Positions 25,090 through 36,500 of a DNA stretch of 64,000 nt are shown here, piece after piece (the stretch's first letter is position 1; each line of letters opens with the position of its first letter). A program made the position numbers and the translations under genes. Below the pieces are notes generated by a model that saw only the letters and a list, made by a program, of their open reading frames with translations, did not search any database and was not told the origin of the DNA. The stretch comes from Lingula anatina (lineage: Eukaryota > Animalia > Brachiopoda), in contig CM120642.1 of the NCBI GenBank assembly GCA_051362555.1, positions 33,108,001 through 33,172,000 of the forward strand, in the 5' to 3' direction.

Positions 25090-25639
25090 CTTTGCGTCGA
25101 TTTCTGTTAAACCTTTGATTCGTATTTGTTTATATTATAAAATGTCGAACACGGTAATTTCTTCCTCTAATCGGCTTTGGTAAAATCTCCGGCAAGTGTC
25201 ACGGGTACCCAATATATAATGGGACTGTAGTGTATAATATATACATGTGATAAACATTAGATCCTGACACGCGTTTTTTTGGCATCGATAATCGATACTT
25301 GCTGACATATTACTGTTAAAATACCAAAGTTCAGAAGCCTTTGAACTTGTTATTACATGTAGCACATGAATGCTCTGAAAACCAACACATGTATATTCCG
25401 AAACCGCCTCGTAGTAAAAAATGTCACCAAAACGTAGAATTATTACTCCTGTGGACTTGTAATAAACATCCGTCGGACTTTGACTATATTCCAGAACCGC
25501 CTCGTTGTCAGAAATATCACAAAAATGTAAATTTCTTTCTACTTTACGCTTGTGAAAAATTAATTTGACTATAAAGGTTGACGGTCCGACGCTCCTTGTT
25601 TATCAGAAATGTCACTAAAAAGAAGTGGATTTGCCTTGG

Positions 25640-26015
25640 GACCGTTTTTTTTTTCGCAGCAGTCCCAACTAGGTGTGGCTCAGCTGAGACGCGCATGGTC
25701 AGTGTCGATGGTTGATTTAATACTGTTCAAGCGAGTTGAACTTCCACAACAAGTATTTATCAAACGTTGACCAAATAAGTCATACATTACCTAAGAATTT
25801 GCGGGAGATGAACATCGCACGTGGGCGAGTTTATTACATATAACATCTCTAGAGCGTGATATAGGGTCACTTTATTCGGTTTTAGGGGTGCTTTAGGACG
25901 AAATGACTTTTTTTTTTCTCGGTATGTATGTCAAATAATACGCTGTCACCCTCTCGCGATATATGTCATGAACACCTCTCGCTGGCGCTCGAGGTGACAG
26001 TGCATTGTCTCACAC
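25640..26015 (+). repeat. Dispersed repeat (~370 bp), inverted relative to 45070-45420
   Basis: gtgtggctcagctgagacgcgcatggtcagtgtc ... tctctagagcgtga ... gggtcactttattcggttttagg matches the reverse complement of 45070-45420. Confidence 0.85.
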
Positions 26016-26975
26016 ATAAAAGTAGTCAAGTCGCCGATGGATGCTCAAAGGAGGCACGGTGATCGCTAACATCGTACACAGAATGTTCACGCGTCGCCGT
26101 GGACGCCAGTGTCGCCGCAATGTTTTGGAAATGCTCATAACAATCTCACACAGAACGCTACGGGGGTTGTTCGCCGCAAGGTCGCTCAAGTATCGCTTTG
26201 GTTATTAAATGCAATCAGATCAACACCTTTGGCTCAGGGAAAAATGGCCAAATCGTGACACGGCGGATAAAAAAGCACCAAATTTTGCGTGTGGGTACCT
26301 TTTGACGTAGTAAATAAAATAAGAGCCGTAGCCCACGGAAAAATGTAACCGTTTGATCAAAAAATCCAAAATGGCTGCCAATTTGTTGAATTCCATAGAA
26401 ATATATACATACCTATGTTGATTTTAATCAAATAAAGTATTTTCTCAGTGTTTTCCACATTCTTATTACCCATATTATGCATATATGTCAGATAGCAAAC
26501 GATTTTTCCTGAACTTTCCAACGTACTTGTGCATGTATAGTCACAGTTTTTTATACAGGGGTATTCTGTTCAACGCCTGGAGGAGGGGTGTGTATCTGTT
26601 AATCTGGTTGCATACAGCGAGAGTCCCCTCGGAGTTGGATCAATCTACGTAGAATATGGTTTCATCTTGAATAAGCCCCTAGACTAGAGATCGACCACAT
26701 AAGCCCTTATTTTCTAACATGTGCCACGTCATTTGCATTGTGTCCGAGAAACGTATTAATCCTGTTTACGTATTAATATCATGGTACCAGGTATTAAAGC
26801 AATCCATCTAAAAGACAAAAGGTCATTGGACAATAATTTACTATCACACAACATTGAGTCATTCTAGTCAAAACGGCGTGTGGTTATTTTAGCTGACCAT
26901 TTCTTGAGTGAGAGTTACAACACAGCGGACTTCGAGATTCCCTACATTCCATGAAATCTTGCAGCGATTACTAAG

Positions 26976-28202
26976 ATGGAGCTCGCGGTTAGAATTTCCG
27001 AGAACTCTTCCACTTGGGAAGAAACGACAATAACTTCACTGTTGCCTGTTGCGGTTTGGTCGGAAAATTCAACAAGGTTTTTTAGCAAAACATCCGCCAA
27101 TTCTAGCCATGGACTCGAAGCTACCACGCAGGGCGGGTTCATCAACAAAACGTCTTTCAATGAAGGCGAAAACTTCCTTGTCTATGGTTTCGACGTGTAT
27201 ACCTTCGTATTCAGCGGTATTGTGTTGACTTCGGTTGGTACCATCGGGATGATATGTAATGTCATGGCATTTATAGTGTACACAATTCAAGAAAGAAAGG
27301 CGCCTGCAGCTCACAGTTACCTGTTCAAATGGCTGGCTTTTTTCGACAATTTATTCATCTTCTGGATGGTCTCTTTTTACGGAACGTTAACTTTTGATGC
27401 GCATACAGGATTTCTGGGAGACTTTATGTCAAAATACGGAAGCTACGTAGCGTATGTTTGGCCCATCGGAACGGTGTCTGCTTTAGCTTCAAAGTATATG
27501 CTTGTCTTCGTTGCTGTGAATCGTTACCTTGCAGTTTGTAAACCTCATTTGGCTGGGAAATATTGCTCTATTTCTCAGTGGCGAGTGCGTATTTTCATCC
27601 TCTTCATAGTTTGTGTTGTATACAACTTGCCGAGGCACTTTGATCTAGAATCAGTGCGGTACGTCCCCTGTGGCAAAGTGAAAAGTAATGGGTTATGTTT
27701 TGTAGCCACGAGCAGAAAATGGCCACAGTGGTACTTCCTCTTTTACCGCACTATTTGCCAATTTATTTTCTATCATTTCATACCTCTGTGTACACTGATT
27801 GTATTAAATTGCAAATTGATACTTAGAGTGAAGAAAAGCGTACAGAAACAGAAGGAACTTGCAGTGAAAAATGACAAACGGCAACGTTTGCAGAGAGAGC
27901 TGAATAGGATTGTCATCTTGTTGGTGACAACCTATATCATATGCGTAACACCAATAACTGTTTTCCCGCTTCTACAACTTCTCAAAGACGCGTTGCCAAA
28001 GCAGGTGCTTGCATCTATGAAATATTTCCAGCCCATCGCCTTCTTTCTTGGTGAAGTCAACTCATCTGCGAACTTCTTCATTTATGGGTTGGTCAGCACT
28101 TCGTTTCGACAGGAACTGAAATCGCTCTGCTGTCGTAGTGAGAACCAAGACCCTGACACTGAAAATGGTGAAATGCCTGCCTCCTTGCCACGACGGGTTT
28201 GA
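26976..28202 (+). CDS. Intronless class A GPCR, FMRFamide-receptor-like (paralogue 3), 408 aa
   Basis: Full 7TM ORF, close paralogue of 21841-23061 and nearly identical to 29683-30909. Confidence 0.93.
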   Translation: MELAVRISENSSTWEETTITSLLPVAVWSENSTRFFSKTSANSSHGLEATTQGGFINKTSFNEGENFLVYGFDVYTFVFSGIVLTSVGTIGMICNVMAFIVYTIQERKAPAAHSYLFKWLAFFDNLFIFWMVSFYGTLTFDAHTGFLGDFMSKYGSYVAYVWPIGTVSALASKYMLVFVAVNRYLAVCKPHLAGKYCSISQWRVRIFILFIVCVVYNLPRHFDLESVRYVPCGKVKSNGLCFVATSRKWPQWYFLFYRTICQFIFYHFIPLCTLIVLNCKLILRVKKSVQKQKELAVKNDKRQRLQRELNRIVILLVTTYIICVTPITVFPLLQLLKDALPKQVLASMKYFQPIAFFLGEVNSSANFFIYGLVSTSFRQELKSLCCRSENQDPDTENGEMPASLPRRV

Positions 28203-28488
28203 ATTAAGAACGCTTATTACGAATTGTTCACGAGGAAATACTTCAAACTTTGTCAATTGTGAAAACATCCTTTGTTACGCTGCGTCCTGCAGTCGCGTTG
28301 TGTTACTAAAAACAGTATTTTAAGACCATTTTGTAGCCTATATCTAACCTATTATAATGAACGCGGAATGCATGAAGCTAATTTGTTTACCAAGCATTAT
28401 GTAAAACAGCTCAAGTGTCTATTATTTTGACTGCTTCATTGGACACTCACTAGGCCTATATGTGTTCTATACATATTATGTGGTCTGC

Positions 28489-28519
<31 letters not shown>

Positions 28520-29682
28520 AATGATCTTTCCTTAAAGTAAGCTACACAGAAGATAACTATAGGTCGAGACAAACTGACCAATTAATTAACGAGCACAACC
28601 GACTCCAGTTTTGATAAAAATGGAGAGGGACTTACAAAACTTTTATTTTTATTTTGAAGTGGAAAAGAAATGCAATGGGCCTTGGTTGGGTTGAATTGGT
28701 GCCAGAACAGAACACGCCTAAATACTATTACTTTTATGCTCTAAAACTGCCCACACTGTGGATATGATATTGTCTTCAAGAATAAAATTGAAGTGAAAAC
28801 ACCAGCGAACCAAACCTCCCAAAGACAAGATGGTGCGCCACTATGGATGTCAAAACAAGGTATGTGCTCGTAACAGATTAGTTTTAAGGTACAATTTATG
28901 ATCTCCTCGCTATTTTCGTAGTTTTCTCTGACATTTATCGGGATTAACAAAAACAGAATTAAGTAGCAAGAAATCAACGCCTGTTTGTTTGTTTGTTTGT
29001 TTGTTTGCATCATTACCGATGTTTTTTTTAAGTTGGGGGGGGGGGGGGTAAGGCGGTGTTAGGGAGATGGATGGAGGAGGGGGTTGTAAATATACTTTTT
29101 CTATATAAATTGCTTACTCCTCACCCTCACTTCTCATTCTTACCCCCTCCTGCTTAAAAAAACATTGGTAGCCATAGGTATGACGTAAACAAACAAACAA
29201 ACAATCCACCCACAATCCACCCACCGACGGTAACCCAGATGTTGATTTCTGACTACTTAAATGCATCTTAAACTCCCTTTGCACTGGGAGGCGATCATTG
29301 TGCGACCGTTGTTCGCTGCAAGATCGCTCAAAGGAAGCAGAAAGGCGGCACAAGTATAGCTTTAGTTATAAAATGCAATCAGATCAACATATACTTTTTT
29401 CCAACGTACACATAAGCCCTTGTTTTCTATTATGTGCAACGTAATTTGCATCATGTCTGGGAAACGTATTACTCCTGTATTAATTTTATGGTGGCACGTA
29501 TTCAAGAAATCCTTCTAAAAGACACAAGGTCATTGGACAATAATTCACTATCACACAACATTGCGTCATTCTAGTTAAAAAGGTGTGTGGTTATTTTAGC
29601 TGACCATTTCTTGAGGGAGAGTAACTACACAGCGGACTTGGAGATTCTCTACATTCCATGAAATCTTGCAGCGATTACTAAG

Positions 29683-30909
29683 ATGGAGCTCGCGGTTAGT
29701 TTTTCCGAGAATTCTTCCACTGGGGAAGACACGACAATAACTTCACTTGTTCCTTTTGCCGTGTGGTCGGAAAATTCATCAAGGTTTTTGAGCAAAACAC
29801 CCGACAATTCTAGCCATGGACTCGAAGCTACCACGCAGGGCGGGTTCATCAACAAAACGTCTTTCAATGAAGGCGAAAACTTCCTTGCCTATAGTTTCGA
29901 CGTGTATACCTTCGTACTCGGCGGTATAGTGCTGACTACGGTTGGTACCATCGGGATGATAAGTAATGTCCTGGCATTTATAGTGTACGCAATTGAAGAA
30001 AGAAAGGCACCCGCAGCACATTGTTACCTGTTCAAATGGTTGGCTTTTTTCGACAATTTATTCATTTTCTGGATGGTCTCTTTTTTCGGAACATTAACTT
30101 TTGATGCGCACACAGGGTTTCTTGGAGACTTTATGACAAAATATGGAAGCTACGTAGCGTATGTTTGGCCCATTGGAACAGTACCGGCTTTAGCTTCAAA
30201 GTATATGCTTGTCTTCGTTGCTATGAATCGTTACCTTGCAGTTTGTAAACCTCATTTGGCCGGGAAATATTGTTCTGTTTCTCAGTGGCGAGTGCGTATT
30301 TTCATCCTCTTCATAGTTTGTGTTGTATACAACTTGCCGAGGCACTTTGATCTAGAATCAGTACGGTACGTCCCCTGTGGCAAAGTGAAAAGTAATGGGT
30401 TATGTTTTGTAGCCACTAGCAGAAAATGGCCACGGTGGTACTTTCTCTTTTACCGCACTATTTGCAAAGGTACTGTCTATCATTTCATACCTCTGTGTAC
30501 ACTGATTGTATTAAATTGCAAATTGATACTTAAAGTGAAGGAAAGTGTACAGAAACAGAAGGAACTTGCAGTGACAAATGACAGACGACAACGTTTGCAG
30601 AGAGAGCTGAATAGGATTGTCATCTTGTTGGTGACAACATATATCATATGCGTAACACCAATAACTGTTTTCCCGCTTCTACAACTTCTCAAGGACGCGT
30701 TGCCAAAGCAGGTGCTTGCATCTATGAAATATTTCCAGCCCATCGCCTTCTTCCTTGGTGAAGTCAACTCATCTGCAAACTTCTTCATTTATGGGTTGGT
30801 CAGCACTTCGTTTCGACAGGAACTGAGATCGCTCTTCTGTCGTAGTGAGAACCAAGACCCTGACACCGAAAATGGTGAAATCCCTGCCGACATGCAGAGA
30901 CGGGTTTGA
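29683..30909 (+). CDS. Intronless class A GPCR, FMRFamide-receptor-like (paralogue 4), 408 aa
   Basis: Full 7TM ORF; tandem duplicate of 26976-28202 (offset 2707 bp) with both flanks also duplicated. Confidence 0.93.
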   Translation: MELAVSFSENSSTGEDTTITSLVPFAVWSENSSRFLSKTPDNSSHGLEATTQGGFINKTSFNEGENFLAYSFDVYTFVLGGIVLTTVGTIGMISNVLAFIVYAIEERKAPAAHCYLFKWLAFFDNLFIFWMVSFFGTLTFDAHTGFLGDFMTKYGSYVAYVWPIGTVPALASKYMLVFVAMNRYLAVCKPHLAGKYCSVSQWRVRIFILFIVCVVYNLPRHFDLESVRYVPCGKVKSNGLCFVATSRKWPRWYFLFYRTICKGTVYHFIPLCTLIVLNCKLILKVKESVQKQKELAVTNDRRQRLQRELNRIVILLVTTYIICVTPITVFPLLQLLKDALPKQVLASMKYFQPIAFFLGEVNSSANFFIYGLVSTSFRQELRSLFCRSENQDPDTENGEIPADMQRRV

Positions 30910-32307
30910 ATTACGAACGCTTTTAACGAATTGTTCACGAGGAAATACTTCAAACTGTCAACTGTGAAAACATACTTCGTCACGCTGTGACCTGCAGTCA
31001 CGTCGTGTTACTACAAATAGTTTTAAAGAATATTTTACTACGATGTCGTTGACCATATTTAACCTATCAGAATATAACGCGTAATACATGTAGCTACCAT
31101 ATATATATATACCAGCTATAGCATTATGTAAAACGGCTTGTCAAATGTTTATTATTTTGACTGCTTCATTGCACGCTCACTATGTGTTCTATTTTTATTT
31201 TGTGGTCTGTTTAAAAAAACAATTTTAAATTATCTTTCCTTTAAGTGAGTTACAAAGAAGATAATGATAAGGCCAGATAAATTGATTAATTGATTTACGG
31301 GATTTAAAATAAAGGAATAAAAAGCACTTTAAATGTGATGAAACATTTATTTGTGCACCGAGATGTTAGTTAAGATTCCCGTAACACTTTACAAAAACGA
31401 ATTATAGGCCTACTTTTGGTAAACAAGAATCTTTGTAAGTACTTACATCAATTGTGCTATCTTAGACTTTGCAGCAGGCCTATTGACTTACCTTGAGTTT
31501 TAGGGGCGTAAGTCTAGAATGCCGTATATACTAGCATGCTAGGCCTATATAAAAACGCTAATATACAATGTAGTAAATGCTTTCTGTACAATTTCATTGA
31601 TAGATATTTTATTGGAATAAAACTGCTGGACAGCAGGAAATCCAAATTTTCTGACATGACTTGAAAACGTAACATGGTAAAGGAGAAGAGGGGTGCTGAT
31701 GTCATTTTGCCAAAAAAATTCTCATGTAGGCTACAGATGTCGAGGTAACGTGAACAGCCAGATAAATCTTCAGCAAAAACCGTATATATATTGAAATTCA
31801 TGGGACGTCGCGCTGCATATTCACGACATTTGCTTGTTATTTCTTTACCTCTGGTGGTCGGTATCATAAAAGAGATATGAAAAATAAAGTTCTAAAACTT
31901 AAAGAGTAAATTTTTGATCTACTTTTAAATAGATCAAAAATTTAAAAATTCAGAATAAGTTAGAACCAAACTGTACTAAAAAACTATAATGGTATTGGGT
32001 TAAAACTCGAAGGACGATTAGGTCTACCAGTGCCTAAAGCCCAATAGCTTTTTTTTTTCAAATTTTACATATTTTTTAATATAATAATAATAAAAATAAT
32101 TGTGAGTCAAATCCCTAGATCTAGACCTTTTCTGCCAGTGTAAAAATGTCTTTAGAAAAATGTAGTTCGGTAGAAACAAATGGGATAGGCTTAGCGTGAC
32201 TTAAATGGGTCAAAAATTAGCACGGGACTAATTTGTAGAAATCAATGTGAAACAGATAAGCGCTGTGTATCGGGCCTATAAAACACAGACATTGAAGTAG
32301 CCGCGTA

Positions 32308-32315
32308 TGACGTCA
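32308..32315. promoter_or_regulatory. Canonical CRE palindrome (TGACGTCA) next to the foldback insertion site upstream of FMO
   Basis: Exact 8-mer in a CpG-containing stretch; function not demonstrated. Confidence 0.35.
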
Positions 32316-32334
32316 CGGGAAAGCATGGCGCAGA

Positions 32335-33269
32335 CACGCTCGGCTGTCACCTTGATTGGATAGTAAACGATTGTCGTAAAATCGCTAAATGATATTAAAA
32401 CCGGGTGCATAAACTTGAAAACCACCTACAACAACCTTGGACTACCACATTAATCCAATACAATGCAAACATAAACTATAACAAGTGGTTAAAGCCTTCA
32501 AACCGAATGTCGTAAAGTCCCCATATACCTCCATAGAGACAATAAAATAGAATGAGCTTGTGAAACAAGAAAAATCCAGTTCCAACATAATAATCGAAAT
32601 AAAATACTGCCGGGCATCGGAGCCCCCTAAAACTTGGCACGCTTACCGCTAATACTGCAGGCTACATCATCCCGTCGCTCGTTTGTAAATTCCGTGAAAG
32701 GCATACGCACAATCAAACCGTAAAAAAAAAATTCTCGGGGTGTCGTTGGCCAGGTCCACTCTAACCTACCATTACGAAAAAGAAGCCATGCCATTGGACA
32801 ATGCGACCTCTGCGGTTACGTCATTTCCTGAATTGGATTGTTGAGTGGACCTAGCCAACGACACCCCGAGAATTTGTTTTTTACGGTTTGATTGTGCGTA
32901 TGCCATGCACGGAATTTACAAACGAGCGACGGGATGATGTAGCCTGCAGTATTAGCGGTAAGCGTGCCAAGTTTTAGGCCGCTCCGATGCCCGGCAGTAT
33001 TTTATTTCGATTATTATGTTGGAACTGGATTTTTCTTGTTTCACAAGCTCATTCTATTTTATTGTCTCTATGGAGGTATATGGGGACTTTACGACATTCG
33101 GTTTGAAGGCTTTAACCACTTGTTATAGTTTATGTTTGCATTGTATTGGATTAATGTGGTAGTCCAAGGTTGTTGTAGGTGGTTTTCAAGTTTATGCACC
33201 CGGTTTTAATATCATTTAGCGATTTTACGACAATCGTTTACTATCCAATCAAGGTGACAGCCGAGCGTG
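32335..33269. mobile_element. Non-autonomous foldback/MITE DNA transposon with 427-bp terminal inverted repeats and 8-bp TSD
   Basis: Arm 32335-32761 is the reverse complement of 32843-33269 with about 6 mismatches; 81-bp spacer; GGCGCAGA directly flanks both ends (32327-32334 and 33270-33277). Confidence 0.93.
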
Positions 33270-33584
33270 GGCGCAGATAAACAAACTGCGGACACGCAAC
33301 TAGACGAAAAAGTAGCGGTATTTGAAAGTATTGAGGAAGAATTTGAGAAACACTGACATTGCTAGATATAGTTAATGCATGACTTTATTTGATGGGACGT
33401 GTAATCTGCTTATTAGGTAATCCAATACGGTCAATCTTATCACAAAAATGCATTGTGCACTGTAGGCCTACTGCACTTTGCTCCCGATTAGAGAAGGCTG
33501 TTTGACAGGTTTGACAGGACGGTGTGATCGTAGCTCGGCGTCGCATTTTGCTTTACATCATAATATTTAAGTCAGAAACGAGCC

Positions 33585-36500
33585 ATGGCGAAGAAGATAG
33601 CAATCATCGGCGCGGGAGCGAGCGGTCTGACTGCAGTTAAGTGCTGTTTGGACGAAGGACTGTCGCCTACGTGCTTCGAGCGTTCTGATGACCTTGGTGG
33701 CTTATGGAACTACAGGTATGAAACGTGACAGGCGGGGTGAGAGGTGCACGGGGAGGGGCTGGAAATAGTAGTGTAAAATATGTTCAGAAGTGGTTGACTA
33801 ACTTAGATTTAGGACGTTGGCTGAGTGAGGAAATGGTGGACGGGGGGGGGGGGGGGTATGGGGTTGGAAAGGGGGATGGGGGGGAGGGGCAATTCCAGGG
33901 GATACCAGTGCTACAGGAGGCCCTTACAAACTCCGTAGATCCTATCTGGCAACCAGGTCTTTTTAACAAGCATTAAATTTTAACTCTAGTTTTCACACTT
34001 GCAAGCACACGTATTTATTAGATCTATAATTAATTATGATAATCTGCCACCTTGGTAAACAATATTTACATATATTTATATACAGTATATGCCAGTACAC
34101 TACGTGGAGTACACTAGGCTATACCCAGTAACTATATTTACATGTATATTTCTCTTCTATTTATCCATGCCCTCTCCCTCTCCCCCTTCAACACACACAC
34201 ACACACACACATTCACAAACACAGGTATCATGGAAAAGTCTAGATCTACCATGCTATCAATAAAGGTTTTTAATTTTGGTGTCTTGTTCTCTCTATCATA
34301 GGCCAGAGGAGAGAGCTGATGGAGACGCTACGGTGATGAAGTCCACCATTATCAACACCAGCAAAGAAATGATGTGCTACAGTGATTTCCCCATTCCAAA
34401 AGAATACCCCAATTTCATGCACAACACATTCATCATGAAATACTTCCATCTGTACGTCGAGAAGTTTGATCTGAGAAAACACATCAAGTTCCGCCATGAA
34501 ATCGTTCACATTTCTCAGTCGTCCGACCATAAGGTAACTGGACGATGGTCAGTGAAGGTGAAGGATTTGGTTGAGGATCAAGAGTGGACGGAGGATTTTG
34601 ATGGAGTTATTATCTGCACTGGCCATCATGCAAAGAAACATGAACCGAGTTTTCCAGGACAGGAGAAGTTCCGGGGTAAAATCATTCATACACATGATTA
34701 CAGGTAATGAGATATGTTTAAAGTAAACGGAAATTATACAGGTTAAATCACTTGAACAGTTTACTTGCAAACCACAAAGTGATGGGTTAAAGAAAAATTT
34801 GAGACCACATTTTTCATTTGGCCTCTGCTCAATTCTTTTCACATCCAGGAAATGAGGGTGGTGATTTTATTGATATTTTAATAACTGAATTGGAGAATAC
34901 AGAAAACTGGCTGTTTGCATTTCTGATAATGTATCAAACAAAAAGCACTCTGGGTCACATATGATATCCTCATGAGTTTTTTTTAATATTGAACGAAATA
35001 TATAAAATATTAAACCTTGTATATTGATAGTGGCATGACTAACTCAGAAAAATTGTAACATAGTCCTGTAGCATAGCCCTGTCTGTTTCTGTTTTTTTGA
35101 ACTGATCTGTGTTTCAGAGACCATAAGGGCTACGAAGATAAGCGCATTGTGGTGATTGGTGTAGGGAATTCTGGGAATGATGTCGCAACTGAGCTGGGAC
35201 GAATAAGTAAACAGGTTAGTGTGGAAGTAAATGTACTTGAGGTGTCTTCTAGTATTAATAGGGATTAGAATTCCTCCCCTTAAATTCATGAATGTGAGGA
35301 ATTTCAGAAAATCTACAATTTGTGGAGGGGGGAGATGTGCCACCTGAATTCACCTGTGCAGCATATGGTAATGATGAACAGATTGATGGATGGATGTGTA
35401 AACAGATGTGTGTGTGTACGTGCGCATGCTCGTGTATTTATATATTTATTTCCCCTCACTCTAGGTGTACCTGTCCACACGGCGCGGCATGTGGGTGTTG
35501 AACAGAGTAGACCAGTACGGACTGCCGATAGACATTGTCTCCATCAGACGGATTCTCAACTGGTTTATTAAGATAATGCCCTTCAATTTAATGTAGGTAC
35601 ACAGATTTTTCCTATTATTGCTGTTTTTCTTTCTTTCTTTCTTTCTTTCTTTATGTATAATTTTTATGTACAGACACAGATGTGTCTGTACATATAGCTG
35701 TCATCTGCGTCTGTCGTCGCCGTCGTCGCCGTGCACTTTTACTGATAACACGATAAGTGGAAAACTGTTTTTTCTTTTTGTTTGAAACTTACAGAACTGA
35801 TGAATATTCATAATACGCAGGTCGAGTTCGAAAACCAGCATGATCGGGTCACTTATATGGAATTTATGCTGTTTTTTCACTTTTTTCAGCATATATGCAG
35901 CACCGATAACAGGATAAGTGGAAAACCATTTTACCTTTTGGCTTGAAACTTACAGAACTGATGAATATACATAATACAGAGGTCAAGTTCGAAAATCAGC
36001 GTGATTGGGTCATTTTTAGTGAATTTAGGCTATTTTTTCTCTTTTTTCAGCATATGTGCAGCACCGATAACAAGATAAGTGGAAAACCATTTTACCTTTT
36101 GGCTTGAAACTTACAGAACTGATAAATATTCATAATACGCAGGTCAAGTTCAAAAATCAGCACGATCGGGTCACTTATAGGGAATTTATGCTGTTTTTTC
36201 ACTTTTTTCAGTATATATGCAACACTGATAACACAATATAAGAAAAACAGATTGGCCAATTGTCATTATACTCACAGGAGGGGCCAATCTTACTAAAACG
36301 CAGGTTGGGTTTGAAAATCAGCATAATCAGTCCATTATTTTAGAAGTTATGCTGTTTTTTCACATTTCCTCACATTCAATTCTTAGGCATGTTAACAGTC
36401 TCATTATTGAACTAATAAGATACGTAAAAGTGTTTGTTTGACATTTCCTGCATCTTTACAACATTGTTAGTTGATTTTTTAAAAATGATGGTAAACTTGT

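Noticed and set aside
21841-30909. Opsin or true FMRFamide-receptor orthologue assignment
   Set aside because: Position 7.43 is Glu or Ile rather than the retinal-binding Lys, and orthology to a specific peptide receptor cannot be shown without a phylogeny.
21748-31001. Recurrent antisense or alternate-frame ORFs overlapping the GPCR genes (e.g. 21962-22234, 26942-27160, 29649-29867, 30480-30788)
   Set aside because: They recur only because the sense GPCR sequence is duplicated; there is no independent coding evidence.
35741-36370. Regularly spaced repeats as a CRISPR-like array
   Set aside because: Whole 161-bp units are repeated with no unique spacers, there are no cas genes, and the context is a eukaryotic intron.
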